Virus record (IMG/VR): IMGVR_UViG_3300007770_000001
Strand: one strand, 5' to 3'
Length of the DNA stretch: 64,000 nt
Origin: a virus
Lineage: Duplodnaviria > Caudoviricetes
Shown: positions 9,276-18,118 of the stretch, in pieces
Position numbering within the stretch: position 1 is the stretch's first letter
Layout: each line of letters opens with the position of its first letter
Translations under genes and position numbers: made by a program
Notes under the pieces: model-generated
Told to the model about the DNA's origin: nothing
Seen by the model: only the letters and a program-made list of their open reading frames with translations
Database searches by the model: none

Positions 9276-10288
9276 TCAGCTTCGTCTGGCGCACAGACGT
9301 TCACATCTCCGACCGGGCTCCTTCTTCCCGGACGGACGATTGGACCGAGACTGTCCTGGGGAAGCTGGGCCAGGTACGGGACGTCGCGCGCCGCGAGAAG
9401 GCGGCTGCTATCCTGGACGGCGGAGACTTCTTCCACTTCAAGTCTCCGAGCAAGAACTCCCATCGGCTGGTGCAGAAGATCGCTGTGCACCACGCCAACT
9501 ATCCCTGCCCGGTCTACTGCACCCCAGGCAACCATGACTCGGTCTACGGGGACTACAGCTTCCTCCACCAACAGCCCCTGGGTTCCCTGTATGCCGCCGG
9601 AGTCTTCAAACGGCTCTACGATGCCCATGAGGCTGAGTTCGTAGAGAACACGGACCTCGGCCACCTGGGCCACTTCCGCAACATCAAGGTTCGGGTGGTC
9701 GGCATCCCCTACCATGGCCCACGCTACGAGATGGAGAGGTTCACCGGGATCACTCGCGGGGATGAGGATATCCTCATCTGCGTGGCGCATGTCCTTGCCT
9801 CGTCTACGGGGGGCAAGATGTTCGAGGGCGAGGACATCATCCGCTACTCGGACCTCATGGGGACCGCTCCTGACGTGTTCTGCTTCGGCCACTGGCACAT
9901 GGACCAGGGAGTCACCCGGATCAAAGGTAAGACGTTCATCAACGTAGGGTCCCTCACCCGAGGTTCCCTGTCCCAAGATAACGTCCAGCGCCAGCCTGCC
10001 TGTGTGGTAATCCGATGTATCGAGGGACACGGAGGGAACAAGGCCCGTGTCGGAACTGAGGTCGTTCGGCTCAAGGTAGGCTCCGCCGAGGAGGTGTTCG
10101 ACGTGGAGGCCCGACAACGTCAGGTCCAGCGCCAGGTTCAGATGGATACCTTCGTCGAGAGCATCCGTTCCTCTCTGGCGCCTCGGAACCCGGGGGATAC
10201 GGTGGAGGATGCTCTCCGCGCCGTAGAGAACGTGCCGGATGATGTTCGGGAGCGCGCTCTTGGGTTCCTGGAGCGCGCTGCTCGGTAG
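9272..10288 (+). CDS. sbcD: SbcD/Mre11-like metallophosphoesterase nuclease
   Basis: TDVHI, GGDFFH, PGNHD, AH and FGHWH calcineurin-like motifs. Confidence 0.9.
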   Translation: MISFVWRTDVHISDRAPSSRTDDWTETVLGKLGQVRDVARREKAAAILDGGDFFHFKSPSKNSHRLVQKIAVHHANYPCPVYCTPGNHDSVYGDYSFLHQQPLGSLYAAGVFKRLYDAHEAEFVENTDLGHLGHFRNIKVRVVGIPYHGPRYEMERFTGITRGDEDILICVAHVLASSTGGKMFEGEDIIRYSDLMGTAPDVFCFGHWHMDQGVTRIKGKTFINVGSLTRGSLSQDNVQRQPACVVIRCIEGHGGNKARVGTEVVRLKVGSAEEVFDVEARQRQVQRQVQMDTFVESIRSSLAPRNPGDTVEDALRAVENVPDDVRERALGFLERAAR

Positions 10289-10314
10289 AGTGTGGGGGTT
10301 CCCCAGGAGCCCCC

Positions 10315-11244
10315 GTGGATCGAGACTCAGCGTGGTATTGGAGCCATATCTCCAAGTATGAGGCCTGCCCCCGCCAGTTACTCTGGCACAAAGGGTGGGA
10401 GGGCATAGATCTTGGACGTGGCGAAGGGAAGGGGAGACCTTTCCCTGATGTGCGGAGGTCTGAGCACCACCCCTTGATGGGGAAGGTGATCCAGAAAGTT
10501 GTAGAGCGTCTCTACAACGAACAGCACTACATGGACCCTGCGCGTCTCCGGATCCGCCTGGAGGCCATGGTAGAGCGAGAGTTCGAGCGAATCCTTCGCA
10601 AGACCTATCTGGACACCCGGATGCCCAAGTCCGAGATGAAGAAGGTCTGTCACGACGGGGTCCAGGGCTACCTCCGAACGATGAAAGCCCACAAGCTCCT
10701 CGGGACCTATGCCCGTGCTGAGGTCCACCTACTGGGGTGGATCAAGAAGTGGACCAAGGTGGGCGGCTACGCGGACATGATCATCCGTCGGGAGGACAAC
10801 GGTGTCACTATCCTTGACGGCAAGAACACCAAGAACAAGGACAGCGCGAACCCTGATCAGCTGAGGTTCTACGCATTGCTGTTCTGGCTCTCCTACCGAG
10901 AGCTCCCCGACCGGCTCGGGTTCGTCTGGTACAGGTATCCTCACGGGACGGAGACCCCCAACGAGGACGGCTCAACCACTCTTGAAGAAGGGGTTACGTG
11001 GGTTCCCTTCACCCGAGAGGACTTGCTCGGCCTGGCTGACCGAGCAGTGGCTGCGAGGAACGGTATGCGCAAGCACCACTTCGAAGCTACTCCGGAACCC
11101 TCCAAGTGTCGCTACTGCGATTTTCAGCCGGTCTGTCCCGAACGCCAGGAGCAGATCAAGGCCAACGCCAAGAACCGGACAGGCCCGGAGAAGCCTCCCG
11201 AGCTCGAAGGATCGAGCGGGGGATTCATAGACTTCTCCATGTGA
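10315..11244 (+). CDS. PD-(D/E)XK nuclease (RecB/AddB/Cas4-like with Cys staple)
   Basis: N-terminal CPRQ, GYADMI, ILDGKNTK, QLRFYAL, C-terminal CRYCDFQPVC. Confidence 0.85.
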   Translation: MDRDSAWYWSHISKYEACPRQLLWHKGWEGIDLGRGEGKGRPFPDVRRSEHHPLMGKVIQKVVERLYNEQHYMDPARLRIRLEAMVEREFERILRKTYLDTRMPKSEMKKVCHDGVQGYLRTMKAHKLLGTYARAEVHLLGWIKKWTKVGGYADMIIRREDNGVTILDGKNTKNKDSANPDQLRFYALLFWLSYRELPDRLGFVWYRYPHGTETPNEDGSTTLEEGVTWVPFTREDLLGLADRAVAARNGMRKHHFEATPEPSKCRYCDFQPVCPERQEQIKANAKNRTGPEKPPELEGSSGGFIDFSM

Positions 11245-11253
11245 GTGCAGAAC

Positions 11254-11260
11254 CGGTAAC
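11254..11260 (+). promoter_or_regulatory. CGGTAAC upstream motif
   Basis: Intergenic, 26 nt before GTG 11286. Confidence 0.45.
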
Positions 11261-11285
11261 CCATCCTCTCCCCATTGGAGGACGT

Positions 11286-11555
11286 GTGTCCCTCGACGAT
11301 AGACTGGCTGCAGCCATCAGAGACCGAGATCAACTGGCTGCGGAGGTCCAACGGATCGAGGGTCGGAAGCAGGCGGCGGAAGAAAACCTCGCCACCGTCC
11401 GTCAAGAGATCCAGGAAGCGGGTCTCGACCCAGACCGCCTGGACGCTACCATCTCCCAGCTCGAACAGGCGTACGACAAGAGCGTCACCGAGTTCGAAAC
11501 CCAACTGAGGGCCGCCCAAGAAGCCCTCGAACCCTACAAGGATGCCACCAGATGA
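11286..11555 (+). CDS. 89-aa coiled-coil protein
   Basis: GTG after GGAGGA; entirely helical heptad-like sequence; ATGA overlap with the clamp gene. Confidence 0.75.
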   Translation: MSLDDRLAAAIRDRDQLAAEVQRIEGRKQAAEENLATVRQEIQEAGLDPDRLDATISQLEQAYDKSVTEFETQLRAAQEALEPYKDATR

Positions 11556-12736
11556 AGATCACTGTTGCGAAGCCGGACCTGGAAGCTGCCCTCTCTGTCG
11601 CCCGTCTCACCACCGGCTCGAGCACGGACCTCTCCGCCCACTACCTGTTCCGGGTCAAGGAGGGCCGCGCTGAGGTCCTGTCCTTCGATCTCCGGACCTT
11701 CTCCTGCGCTTCCTTCGTCGCCAACGCGGATGAGGACGGTCAGTTCACCGTGGAGGCTTGGCGCCTCGACAAGTGGGTAGCTTCGGTCTCCAACGGCGTG
11801 CTGGAGTTCAGCACCGCCAAGAAGGGTGAGGTCGTCGCGAAGGGCGGCCGGAGCCGTGTTCGGTTCCGTTCCTTGGACGCCAATCGATTCCCCTTCTGGG
11901 ATGAGCTCATTCCGAACTCCACTTCCCATGGGAAGGTCCGGGCCAACAACCTGGTCCGCGCCTTCTCGGCCTGCCGCCCCTACATCTCTGATGACGACAC
12001 CGTCAAGCCGGAGATGTGTCAGATCGAGGGCATCTCCGGGACCCTCTACGCCACCGACCGCACCGGTCTCATCATGGTGGACCTCCGGGCCCTCCCCGAC
12101 ATCAACCTCCGGATCCCGGGCAAGGATCTCCCCTCGGTGGTCAAGTTCCTTTCCTCCAAGGATGTGCGGAACGACGAGGTCGAGGTGAAGACCTTCGAGC
12201 GGAGTTCCGACGGACGTGGGGGGCGCAGCATCCTGTTCATCAGGGGCGACGGGGCCTATGTGGGCGTGGCCGAGCCCTTCATCCCGCTCAACAAGATCAA
12301 GATGGACCGCGATGCTCCGGCAACGGCGGTCCTCAACCTGAACTGGGAGGAGTTCTCCGCTGGAATGGCAGTCCTCCTGGCGGGAGCCCCCAAGAGCTGG
12401 AGCGCGGTCACGTTCATCTACGATCACGAGAAGGAGCAGGTCTCCCTCCGTCTGCCCTGCGAGGCCGGGGGCTTCTCCGAGTATCCCCTCCAGTCAGCGT
12501 CCGTTGAGGATGACCAGAACCTCAAGGACCCGATCTGTATCCGGACTCGGTACCTGCAGGGCATCCAGTCTCTGGCAGGATCCAACGACCTGCGTCTGCG
12601 CATCTACGTCTTCCCCCAGGGCGGCTACTTCTCATTCCAGTGCGAGGATGAGCCCCCAGACGGTATTCCCGTCGAGGAGAGCACCTCCAACGTGTACTTC
12701 GTCGTGATCATCTGGCAGGACGAGGATGAGATTTGA
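11552..12736 (+). CDS. dnaN: DNA polymerase III beta sliding clamp
   Basis: 394 aa, three-domain size; MKITVAKPDLEAAL start, LDANRFP, TLYATDRTGL resemble DnaN motifs. Confidence 0.8.
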   Translation: MKITVAKPDLEAALSVARLTTGSSTDLSAHYLFRVKEGRAEVLSFDLRTFSCASFVANADEDGQFTVEAWRLDKWVASVSNGVLEFSTAKKGEVVAKGGRSRVRFRSLDANRFPFWDELIPNSTSHGKVRANNLVRAFSACRPYISDDDTVKPEMCQIEGISGTLYATDRTGLIMVDLRALPDINLRIPGKDLPSVVKFLSSKDVRNDEVEVKTFERSSDGRGGRSILFIRGDGAYVGVAEPFIPLNKIKMDRDAPATAVLNLNWEEFSAGMAVLLAGAPKSWSAVTFIYDHEKEQVSLRLPCEAGGFSEYPLQSASVEDDQNLKDPICIRTRYLQGIQSLAGSNDLRLRIYVFPQGGYFSFQCEDEPPDGIPVEESTSNVYFVVIIWQDEDEI

Positions 12737-13368
12737 GCGCGGAGCTCGATTCCCTTCTGGAAGAGACCCTTCGACTTGAGACCCTCCGGGACTCGGCCAA
12801 GCAACGGCTGCGCCAGCACCGGATACAGGTCCTTCGTCTCGAAGGAGAGTCCGAGACCCTGTCTCGAGTGGCGGACTTGTTCCGCTACCTGGTAGACAGG
12901 GAGGTCATCGATAGCGCCAAGACAGCGGAGGGTCTCCTCACAGAGGGTCTCCGTGCGATCTTCAATGATATGGACCTGAAGGCCAAGGCGGTCGTGGACA
13001 TACAGAGAGGGAAGGTCTCCGTAGACTTCCTCACCATCCAGAGGCACGCGGACGGCTCCGAAACCGAGGGCTCAAGCGTGGAGGCCTACGGAGGGTCGGT
13101 GGCTGCGGTGCAGTCGGTTCTCCTTCGGCTGGTGGTTATCACTCGCAGGGACCTCCGCCCCCTCCTTCTCCTGGACGAGAGCTTGGGGGCTGTTGCTGAA
13201 GACTATGTTCCTCGGGTGGGGGAGTTCTTGTCGGTCTTAGCCCAGAGACTTGGAATGGATGTGCTCTCCGTGAGCCACAACCCGGTATTGGTGGACTCGG
13301 CCACCAGTGCGTATCGGATAAAGAACGTTCGGGGGGCTGCGACCTTCTCCCGAGTGCGTTCCCGGTGA
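12733..13368 (+). CDS. sbcC: SbcC/Rad50-like ATPase, C-terminal half (signature, Walker B, H-loop)
   Basis: Short coiled coil, then YGGSVAAV (signature-like), LLLLDESLGAV (Walker B/D-loop), VSHN; no Walker A. Confidence 0.85.
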   Translation: MSAELDSLLEETLRLETLRDSAKQRLRQHRIQVLRLEGESETLSRVADLFRYLVDREVIDSAKTAEGLLTEGLRAIFNDMDLKAKAVVDIQRGKVSVDFLTIQRHADGSETEGSSVEAYGGSVAAVQSVLLRLVVITRRDLRPLLLLDESLGAVAEDYVPRVGEFLSVLAQRLGMDVLSVSHNPVLVDSATSAYRIKNVRGAATFSRVRSR

Positions 13369-14171
13369 AGACCCCAGGTCAAATAGCGCAGAAGCTCAAG
13401 CAGATCCGGTTCCGCCGGACCAAGCGTGAGCTCTCCAGGCTCCTCAAGGAATCCGGAGCCAACTGTGCTCACAACTTTGAGGCATCCGCTCGGAATGTGT
13501 CCCTCCGGGTCTGCCGGTTGGACGAGAAAGCCTGTGACTCTCGTTTCCGTGACCGCTCCAAAGAGTGCGGGAAGTTCCAGCAGAGACACACGGCGGAGGA
13601 TCTCAAGAATAGTCTCCGAGATTTCTTCGCAGAGGCTTCCCTGGAGGACCTATCCATCCGGTTCCCTGTGGTGGCTATCCTCCAGTGGGTTCTCGAGGGG
13701 GAAGATGTCCCGGGAGCCCCCAATCAGAATCCGTTCCCCTCCGCTGAGATTGAGGGCCGGATGGTATGGGCCGAGACCGAGGAAGACCTTCAAACCGTCG
13801 CTCAGGCTCTCAAGGACGAGGAGGACCGGGCGGACGATCTCCACCAGCGGATCATGGAGATGAACAAGGAGATCTCCATCAGCCCCTCGGACTCCCTTCA
13901 GCAGTTCAGGACCGCCGTCATACAGTTACGGCAAGACGTGCGGACTGCCGAGTACCGGGCTCGTACGGGGATGGGGCTCGCCCAGGCGTTGGCCAAAGCT
14001 CTCGATGAGGACTACGATCCCCTATCTTCAGAGGATCCCGACAAGGCGCTCCAGGAGCTCACCACGACTCTCCTCAATAAGGCAGAGGAACTGATGCGTC
14101 CGCCACCGAGCCCCCCGGCTCCCCAGGCCTCCTTCCAGTGGTGGAACCCTCTCACCTGGGTTACTCGATGA
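13365..14171 (+). CDS. hypothetical protein with N-terminal Cys cluster and C-terminal coiled coil
   Basis: CAHN..CRLD..CDSR..CGKF; GTGA and ATGA overlaps with neighbours. Confidence 0.7.
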   Translation: MKTPGQIAQKLKQIRFRRTKRELSRLLKESGANCAHNFEASARNVSLRVCRLDEKACDSRFRDRSKECGKFQQRHTAEDLKNSLRDFFAEASLEDLSIRFPVVAILQWVLEGEDVPGAPNQNPFPSAEIEGRMVWAETEEDLQTVAQALKDEEDRADDLHQRIMEMNKEISISPSDSLQQFRTAVIQLRQDVRTAEYRARTGMGLAQALAKALDEDYDPLSSEDPDKALQELTTTLLNKAEELMRPPPSPPAPQASFQWWNPLTWVTR

Positions 14172-14764
14172 ATGTCCTGACGCAATACGTCGCCTCCAAG
14201 AAGGGAGAGAAGACCCCTTTCATGATCGAGATCCCCGTGGCTGCGGAACTCGAGGGACCGTTCCTGGTATCCGCTGCAGGCAAGAAGCGCGACCTGATGT
14301 GGGTGGAGAACAAGTTCCCCAACAGCAGCATCCGGGCAGGAGTCCGCAAAGCTGCGACGGCGTTCCTGTTCCGCCAGGCCCTCGAGCACGTCTCCGAGAT
14401 GTCTCAAGAGTGTGGTTGGGGCAGTGTCCACCCAGATACGGCAGAGGGCCTGTCCTCCGCTCTCCAACACCTACAAGACTACGACCTCGATGAAGTCATC
14501 GTTCTCTACGGAGACGGTTACGACAAGTCCCATATTCCAGAGGATGTTCCCTGCCACAAGGAGCTCTGGGTCCCCAAGGGATGGGCGGTGGTGGTGCCTC
14601 GGGACCGCTCCTATGTTGGGACTACTGTGGTGTTCGATGGGGGGTGGGTAGGGATGGTGGTCCACAACGCTGCTCGCGGTATCGGATTCTCCATTCCTGA
14701 GTCCAGCGGTAACTCTGCTGAGGCGGGGGAGTCGGGTGAGGGAATGGCTGGGGGGGATGATTGA
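14168..14764 (+). CDS. hypothetical protein; possible truncated HK97-fold capsid paralogue
   Basis: ATGA overlap start. Ordered resemblance to the C-terminal two thirds of the MCP at 55905 (see findings). The CDS is well supported; the function call is weak. Confidence 0.6.
   Translation: MNVLTQYVASKKGEKTPFMIEIPVAAELEGPFLVSAAGKKRDLMWVENKFPNSSIRAGVRKAATAFLFRQALEHVSEMSQECGWGSVHPDTAEGLSSALQHLQDYDLDEVIVLYGDGYDKSHIPEDVPCHKELWVPKGWAVVVPRDRSYVGTTVVFDGGWVGMVVHNAARGIGFSIPESSGNSAEAGESGEGMAGGDD
14707..14713 (+). promoter_or_regulatory. CGGTAAC upstream motif
   Basis: Inside the 3' end of 14168..14764, 23 nt before the primase GTG. Confidence 0.4.
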
Positions 14765-15464
14765 GTCAGGAGCCCGGGACCTACCCGAAGAGCTCTATGG
14801 CCACGTCCTTGGTAGGGGTCTCCCGCTACCGCTGATGAGGGAGATGCGGGTCGGGATAGTTCGGCCAGAGAACACCCCTGCCCCGGACCCTGTGTATCGC
14901 AAGAGGAATGGCCCCTGCGGTGAGTATCGCGCCGGCTGGCTGGCTATTCCGTTCTGGTCTCCCACGGGGGAGATCCTCGGGGTTGAGTACCGGACCTGGG
15001 GGGACCAAGAGAAGCTGGTCAAAGAACACCGTCTCGACGAGGCTCAGTTCTCCCCTGTCTTCATTGGTCTGGTCCCCTCGACTCTCCAACGAATCTGGGA
15101 TGGCGGGGATGTCTGGCTGGTCGAAGGGGCCTTCGACATTGCGCTCCAGCACGCTCTTCCAGAGAAAGATGTGGTCCTGGCATGTGGGACCGCTCGGGTA
15201 TCCCGGCGCCAGGTGGACTTCATCTCCCGGATCCTCTCCCCCTACGCGACAGTCTATGTGGCGTTCGACATGGACTCCACGGGCCAGACGCAGATGGAGG
15301 GGTTTATCGAAGAGAAGTCCGGTCGCAGGATCCCCGGGGTAATAGAGCGTCTGAGCCGGGCGGGCGCACATGTGATCCCTGTCAGGTATCTCGGAGGGAA
15401 GGATCCGGGAGCAATCTGGGAGCGTGGGGGGAAAGAAGCCCTCTGCCAAGCATTCAATCTGTAG
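14736..15464 (+). CDS. dnaG: DnaG-type primase catalytic (TOPRIM) core lacking a zinc-binding domain
   Basis: WLAIPFWSPTGEILG, WLVEGAFD, VAFDMDSTG, GKDPG. Confidence 0.85.
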   Translation: MREWLGGMIESGARDLPEELYGHVLGRGLPLPLMREMRVGIVRPENTPAPDPVYRKRNGPCGEYRAGWLAIPFWSPTGEILGVEYRTWGDQEKLVKEHRLDEAQFSPVFIGLVPSTLQRIWDGGDVWLVEGAFDIALQHALPEKDVVLACGTARVSRRQVDFISRILSPYATVYVAFDMDSTGQTQMEGFIEEKSGRRIPGVIERLSRAGAHVIPVRYLGGKDPGAIWERGGKEALCQAFNL

Positions 15465-15478
15465 GAGGAAGCCCTCGA

Positions 15479-15976
15479 ATGGGTATCTACAAGGCAAACA
15501 CGGAAATCCACGACATCATGAAGCGCCTGGTCCGGGCCAACCACCCCGACCTGGTCGACCACCTCGAAGAGATCGTGGTCGCCTTCAAGGACAAGGCGGG
15601 CAAGAGCGGAGGCCAGGTCATCTACGGCCAGCGCTCCAAGGTCAGCGACGTGGTCAACGCTCTGGCAGGGGAGGATTTCAAGTTCATGCTCCTGATCGGT
15701 GCGGACAAGTGGTCGGAGGCGCTCACCTCCCGCCAGCAGGAAGCCCTCCTCGACCATCTCCTCTGCGGCTGTGGATCCGAGTTCGACGAGAAGTCGGGAG
15801 ACTACAAGCTGCGTCTGTACGCTCCGGACATCGTCGCCTACCGCGAGAACGTCGAGCGGTACGGGATGTGGTTCCCTCGAGAGGAAGAGGAGTCGGACCA
15901 GCCTCCCATCGATCCCGTGGCTGCCTCTGTCACGGGGGATGATGCGGATGGCGATGAGGGCGGGGACGACGAATGA
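15479..15976 (+). CDS. putative phage metallopeptidase-family protein with degenerate HExxH
   Basis: FMLLIGADKW...QQEALLDHLLCGC resembles the family motif LLDHELxH but lacks E and the second H; acidic tail; AGGAGG upstream. Confidence 0.6.
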   Translation: MGIYKANTEIHDIMKRLVRANHPDLVDHLEEIVVAFKDKAGKSGGQVIYGQRSKVSDVVNALAGEDFKFMLLIGADKWSEALTSRQQEALLDHLLCGCGSEFDEKSGDYKLRLYAPDIVAYRENVERYGMWFPREEEESDQPPIDPVAASVTGDDADGDEGGDDE

Positions 15977-16173
15977 CCTCCCCATGGAGCTCCCGTGCGG
16001 CCTGGCGGAAGGATGAGGAGTTCGTCTCATGGCTCCGTGACCGGGGGTATCTCGACCCGAACACTGTCGTGGACGCTTCGGTCATCCAGGAGTTGTTCTC
16101 TGCCTGGAAAGCAGGGAAGGCTGCAGCTGCCAAGACGGTAGTAGTAGGCTCCGTGGATACGATCAACATGTAG
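15973..16173 (+). CDS. hypothetical protein
   Basis: 66 aa, ATGA overlap, fills the gap before dnaX. Confidence 0.65.
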   Translation: MTSPWSSRAAWRKDEEFVSWLRDRGYLDPNTVVDASVIQELFSAWKAGKAAAAKTVVVGSVDTINM

Positions 16174-16182
16174 GGTCGCTCT

Positions 16183-17595
16183 GTGAGCTTCGACACCACC
16201 TATCGCCCCTACAAGTACTGCGATGTCCTCGGCCAAGAGGCGACTACTGCTGTCCTTCAACAGTACGTCGCGGAGGGTAGGGGATACCACCAGTCCTATG
16301 TGTTCTGTGGCCAGCATGGCTCGGGGAAGACCACCCTGTGTCGGATCTTGGCCCGCGCGCTCCTATGTCCCAGTGCTCGAGGGAACGGAGGGAAGCCCTG
16401 TGACGGGTGTGAGTCCTGTCTCACCATGATCGCAGGAGAGCCACACGAGGGATTCGAGGAACTGGACGCCGCGTCCAAGTCTGGGAAAGCTGATCTCGCT
16501 CGAGTAGTGGAGGACGTCAAGTACGCGACCTTCTCTGGGCAGCGGCGCATCTACCTGTTCGACGAGAGCCATCGGCTCTCCAAGGCAGCCCTGGATATCC
16601 TCCTGAAGCCTATGGAGGACTGTGTCCCCGGCACTCAGGAGAAGAAGCTCGTCTGCCTGTTCTCCACTACTGAGCCTGAGAAGATGCGGTCTACGGTCTT
16701 CTCCCGCTGTGCCCCCGCGTTCGTCATTCGCCCGGTGGGTCCTGAGGCTATCGCGGAGCGACTCGCCTACGTCTGCGAACAGGAGCTCCTTGAGTACGAC
16801 AGCGATGCCTTGGTCACTCTCGCTGAGTCCTGTGACTCCCACATCCGGGATGCCCTCAAGCTCCTCGAAGGCGTCTCCATGCTGGGCGGGGTCTCCGCAG
16901 CGAGCGTCTCCAAGTATCTCCGCCTCGATGCGAACCAGATGGCAGTGGCGCTCCTGCAGGCCCTCGGTACGGACCTCCCAGGGGCTGTTGAACGAGTCCT
17001 GGAGATCTCACGGGAGGTATCCCCTTCCGTCGCCTACCGGCGTATTGCAGAGGCCTCTATGGTCGCCTACCGGCATCACCTCGGTGTCGGAAAGATCCCG
17101 ACTCGGTGGGGGTCCGAGGATGTCAAGAGGGTGGCGGAGATGGGTTCTGCTCTCCTCATGATCTCCTCTCGCTTTGCTGCCCCTCCGCACCGCCCCTCGG
17201 ACCACACCCTGGTCTTGGACGTAGGGTCCGTGTTCCATGCGCTGAAGGGACAACCCGTCTTCTCGGTTCCCTCGGATACCTCGATCACGGTTGCTGCAGT
17301 CCCAGCAACCGCTTCTCCTTCCCCCACACCTTCCCCAGTCTCGACCCCCACCCCGGAAAAATCTGCTCCCTCTGCTCCCTCGGCTCTCCCCTCTGCGGGT
17401 AATGGTACAGAACCGAGTGTTGCAAGAACCACTGGTGGGGTGTGGATTGATCCACGTGCTATTGGGAATGGGCCGGGACGAGAGGCTGCCCAATCAGGGG
17501 AAATCTCTGATTCCCTGTCTCTCTCCCCGGAGACTTTCCGTGAGCTGGTGCAGAACCACTTGCGGAGGTTGATGCGTGGGGGACGGACGGGATGA
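16183..17595 (+). CDS. dnaX: DNA polymerase III gamma/tau clamp-loader subunit
   Basis: YRPYKYCDVLGQ, GQHGSGKTT, C4 zinc module (LCP...PCDGCESC), ELDAAS, DESHRLS, LLKPMED, SRC; Pro/Ser linker near the C-terminus. Confidence 0.92.
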   Translation: MSFDTTYRPYKYCDVLGQEATTAVLQQYVAEGRGYHQSYVFCGQHGSGKTTLCRILARALLCPSARGNGGKPCDGCESCLTMIAGEPHEGFEELDAASKSGKADLARVVEDVKYATFSGQRRIYLFDESHRLSKAALDILLKPMEDCVPGTQEKKLVCLFSTTEPEKMRSTVFSRCAPAFVIRPVGPEAIAERLAYVCEQELLEYDSDALVTLAESCDSHIRDALKLLEGVSMLGGVSAASVSKYLRLDANQMAVALLQALGTDLPGAVERVLEISREVSPSVAYRRIAEASMVAYRHHLGVGKIPTRWGSEDVKRVAEMGSALLMISSRFAAPPHRPSDHTLVLDVGSVFHALKGQPVFSVPSDTSITVAAVPATASPSPTPSPVSTPTPEKSAPSAPSALPSAGNGTEPSVARTTGGVWIDPRAIGNGPGREAAQSGEISDSLSLSPETFRELVQNHLRRLMRGGRTG

Positions 17596-18118
17596 GCGGA
17601 CCTGGGTTGTATTTGAGCTGACGTCCTCTGGTGATAAAGCGGCCTCTGCGGGCTTGCTGGAAGCACATCTCCGACTGCAGTTCAAGTCCGATCTCGAGGT
17701 CTTCATCCCGTATATCTCCTTCACCTATGGAGGGCGCACGACGCTCTTCAACGTGATGGAGGGATACGCTTTCGTAGAATCCGGCTACCCTGAACGGGCG
17801 TACCTGGAGTTCGCGGCCGAATCTCCATTCCTGAAGCAGGTGCTCCACACTACAGGGAGCTCCTTCTTCCCTGCTCTGATGACAGTTCCCCACAGGAAGG
17901 TCCTACAACTACAGGACCAACTTGGGAATATGATCGCCGTCGAGATAGAGACGGGGATGGACGTCGTTGTTCGACAGGGGATCTGTACAGGATTAGCAGG
18001 GCGGGTCTTGGGGGTTGACGATAACAACGCCCAGGTTCTCTTCACCATGAGGACGCTCAAAACAATCCGTTCCATCCCCCGGCAAGCCCTCTTGCCAAAG
18101 GAGATCGACGATGAGTAG
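17576..18118 (+). CDS. nusG: NusG-family transcription elongation/antitermination factor (NGN + KOW)
   Basis: WVVFELTSSGDK, EVFIP, EGYAFVE in the NGN domain; KOW GMDVVVRQGICTGLAGRVLGVD. Confidence 0.8.
   Translation: MGDGRDERTWVVFELTSSGDKAASAGLLEAHLRLQFKSDLEVFIPYISFTYGGRTTLFNVMEGYAFVESGYPERAYLEFAAESPFLKQVLHTTGSSFFPALMTVPHRKVLQLQDQLGNMIAVEIETGMDVVVRQGICTGLAGRVLGVDDNNAQVLFTMRTLKTIRSIPRQALLPKEIDDE

Noticed and set aside
10315-11244. Cas4 / CRISPR adaptation gene
   Set aside because: The Cys-stapled PD-(D/E)XK fold is shared with AddB/RecB-like phage exonucleases; there is no cas1, cas2 or array, and the context is recombination.
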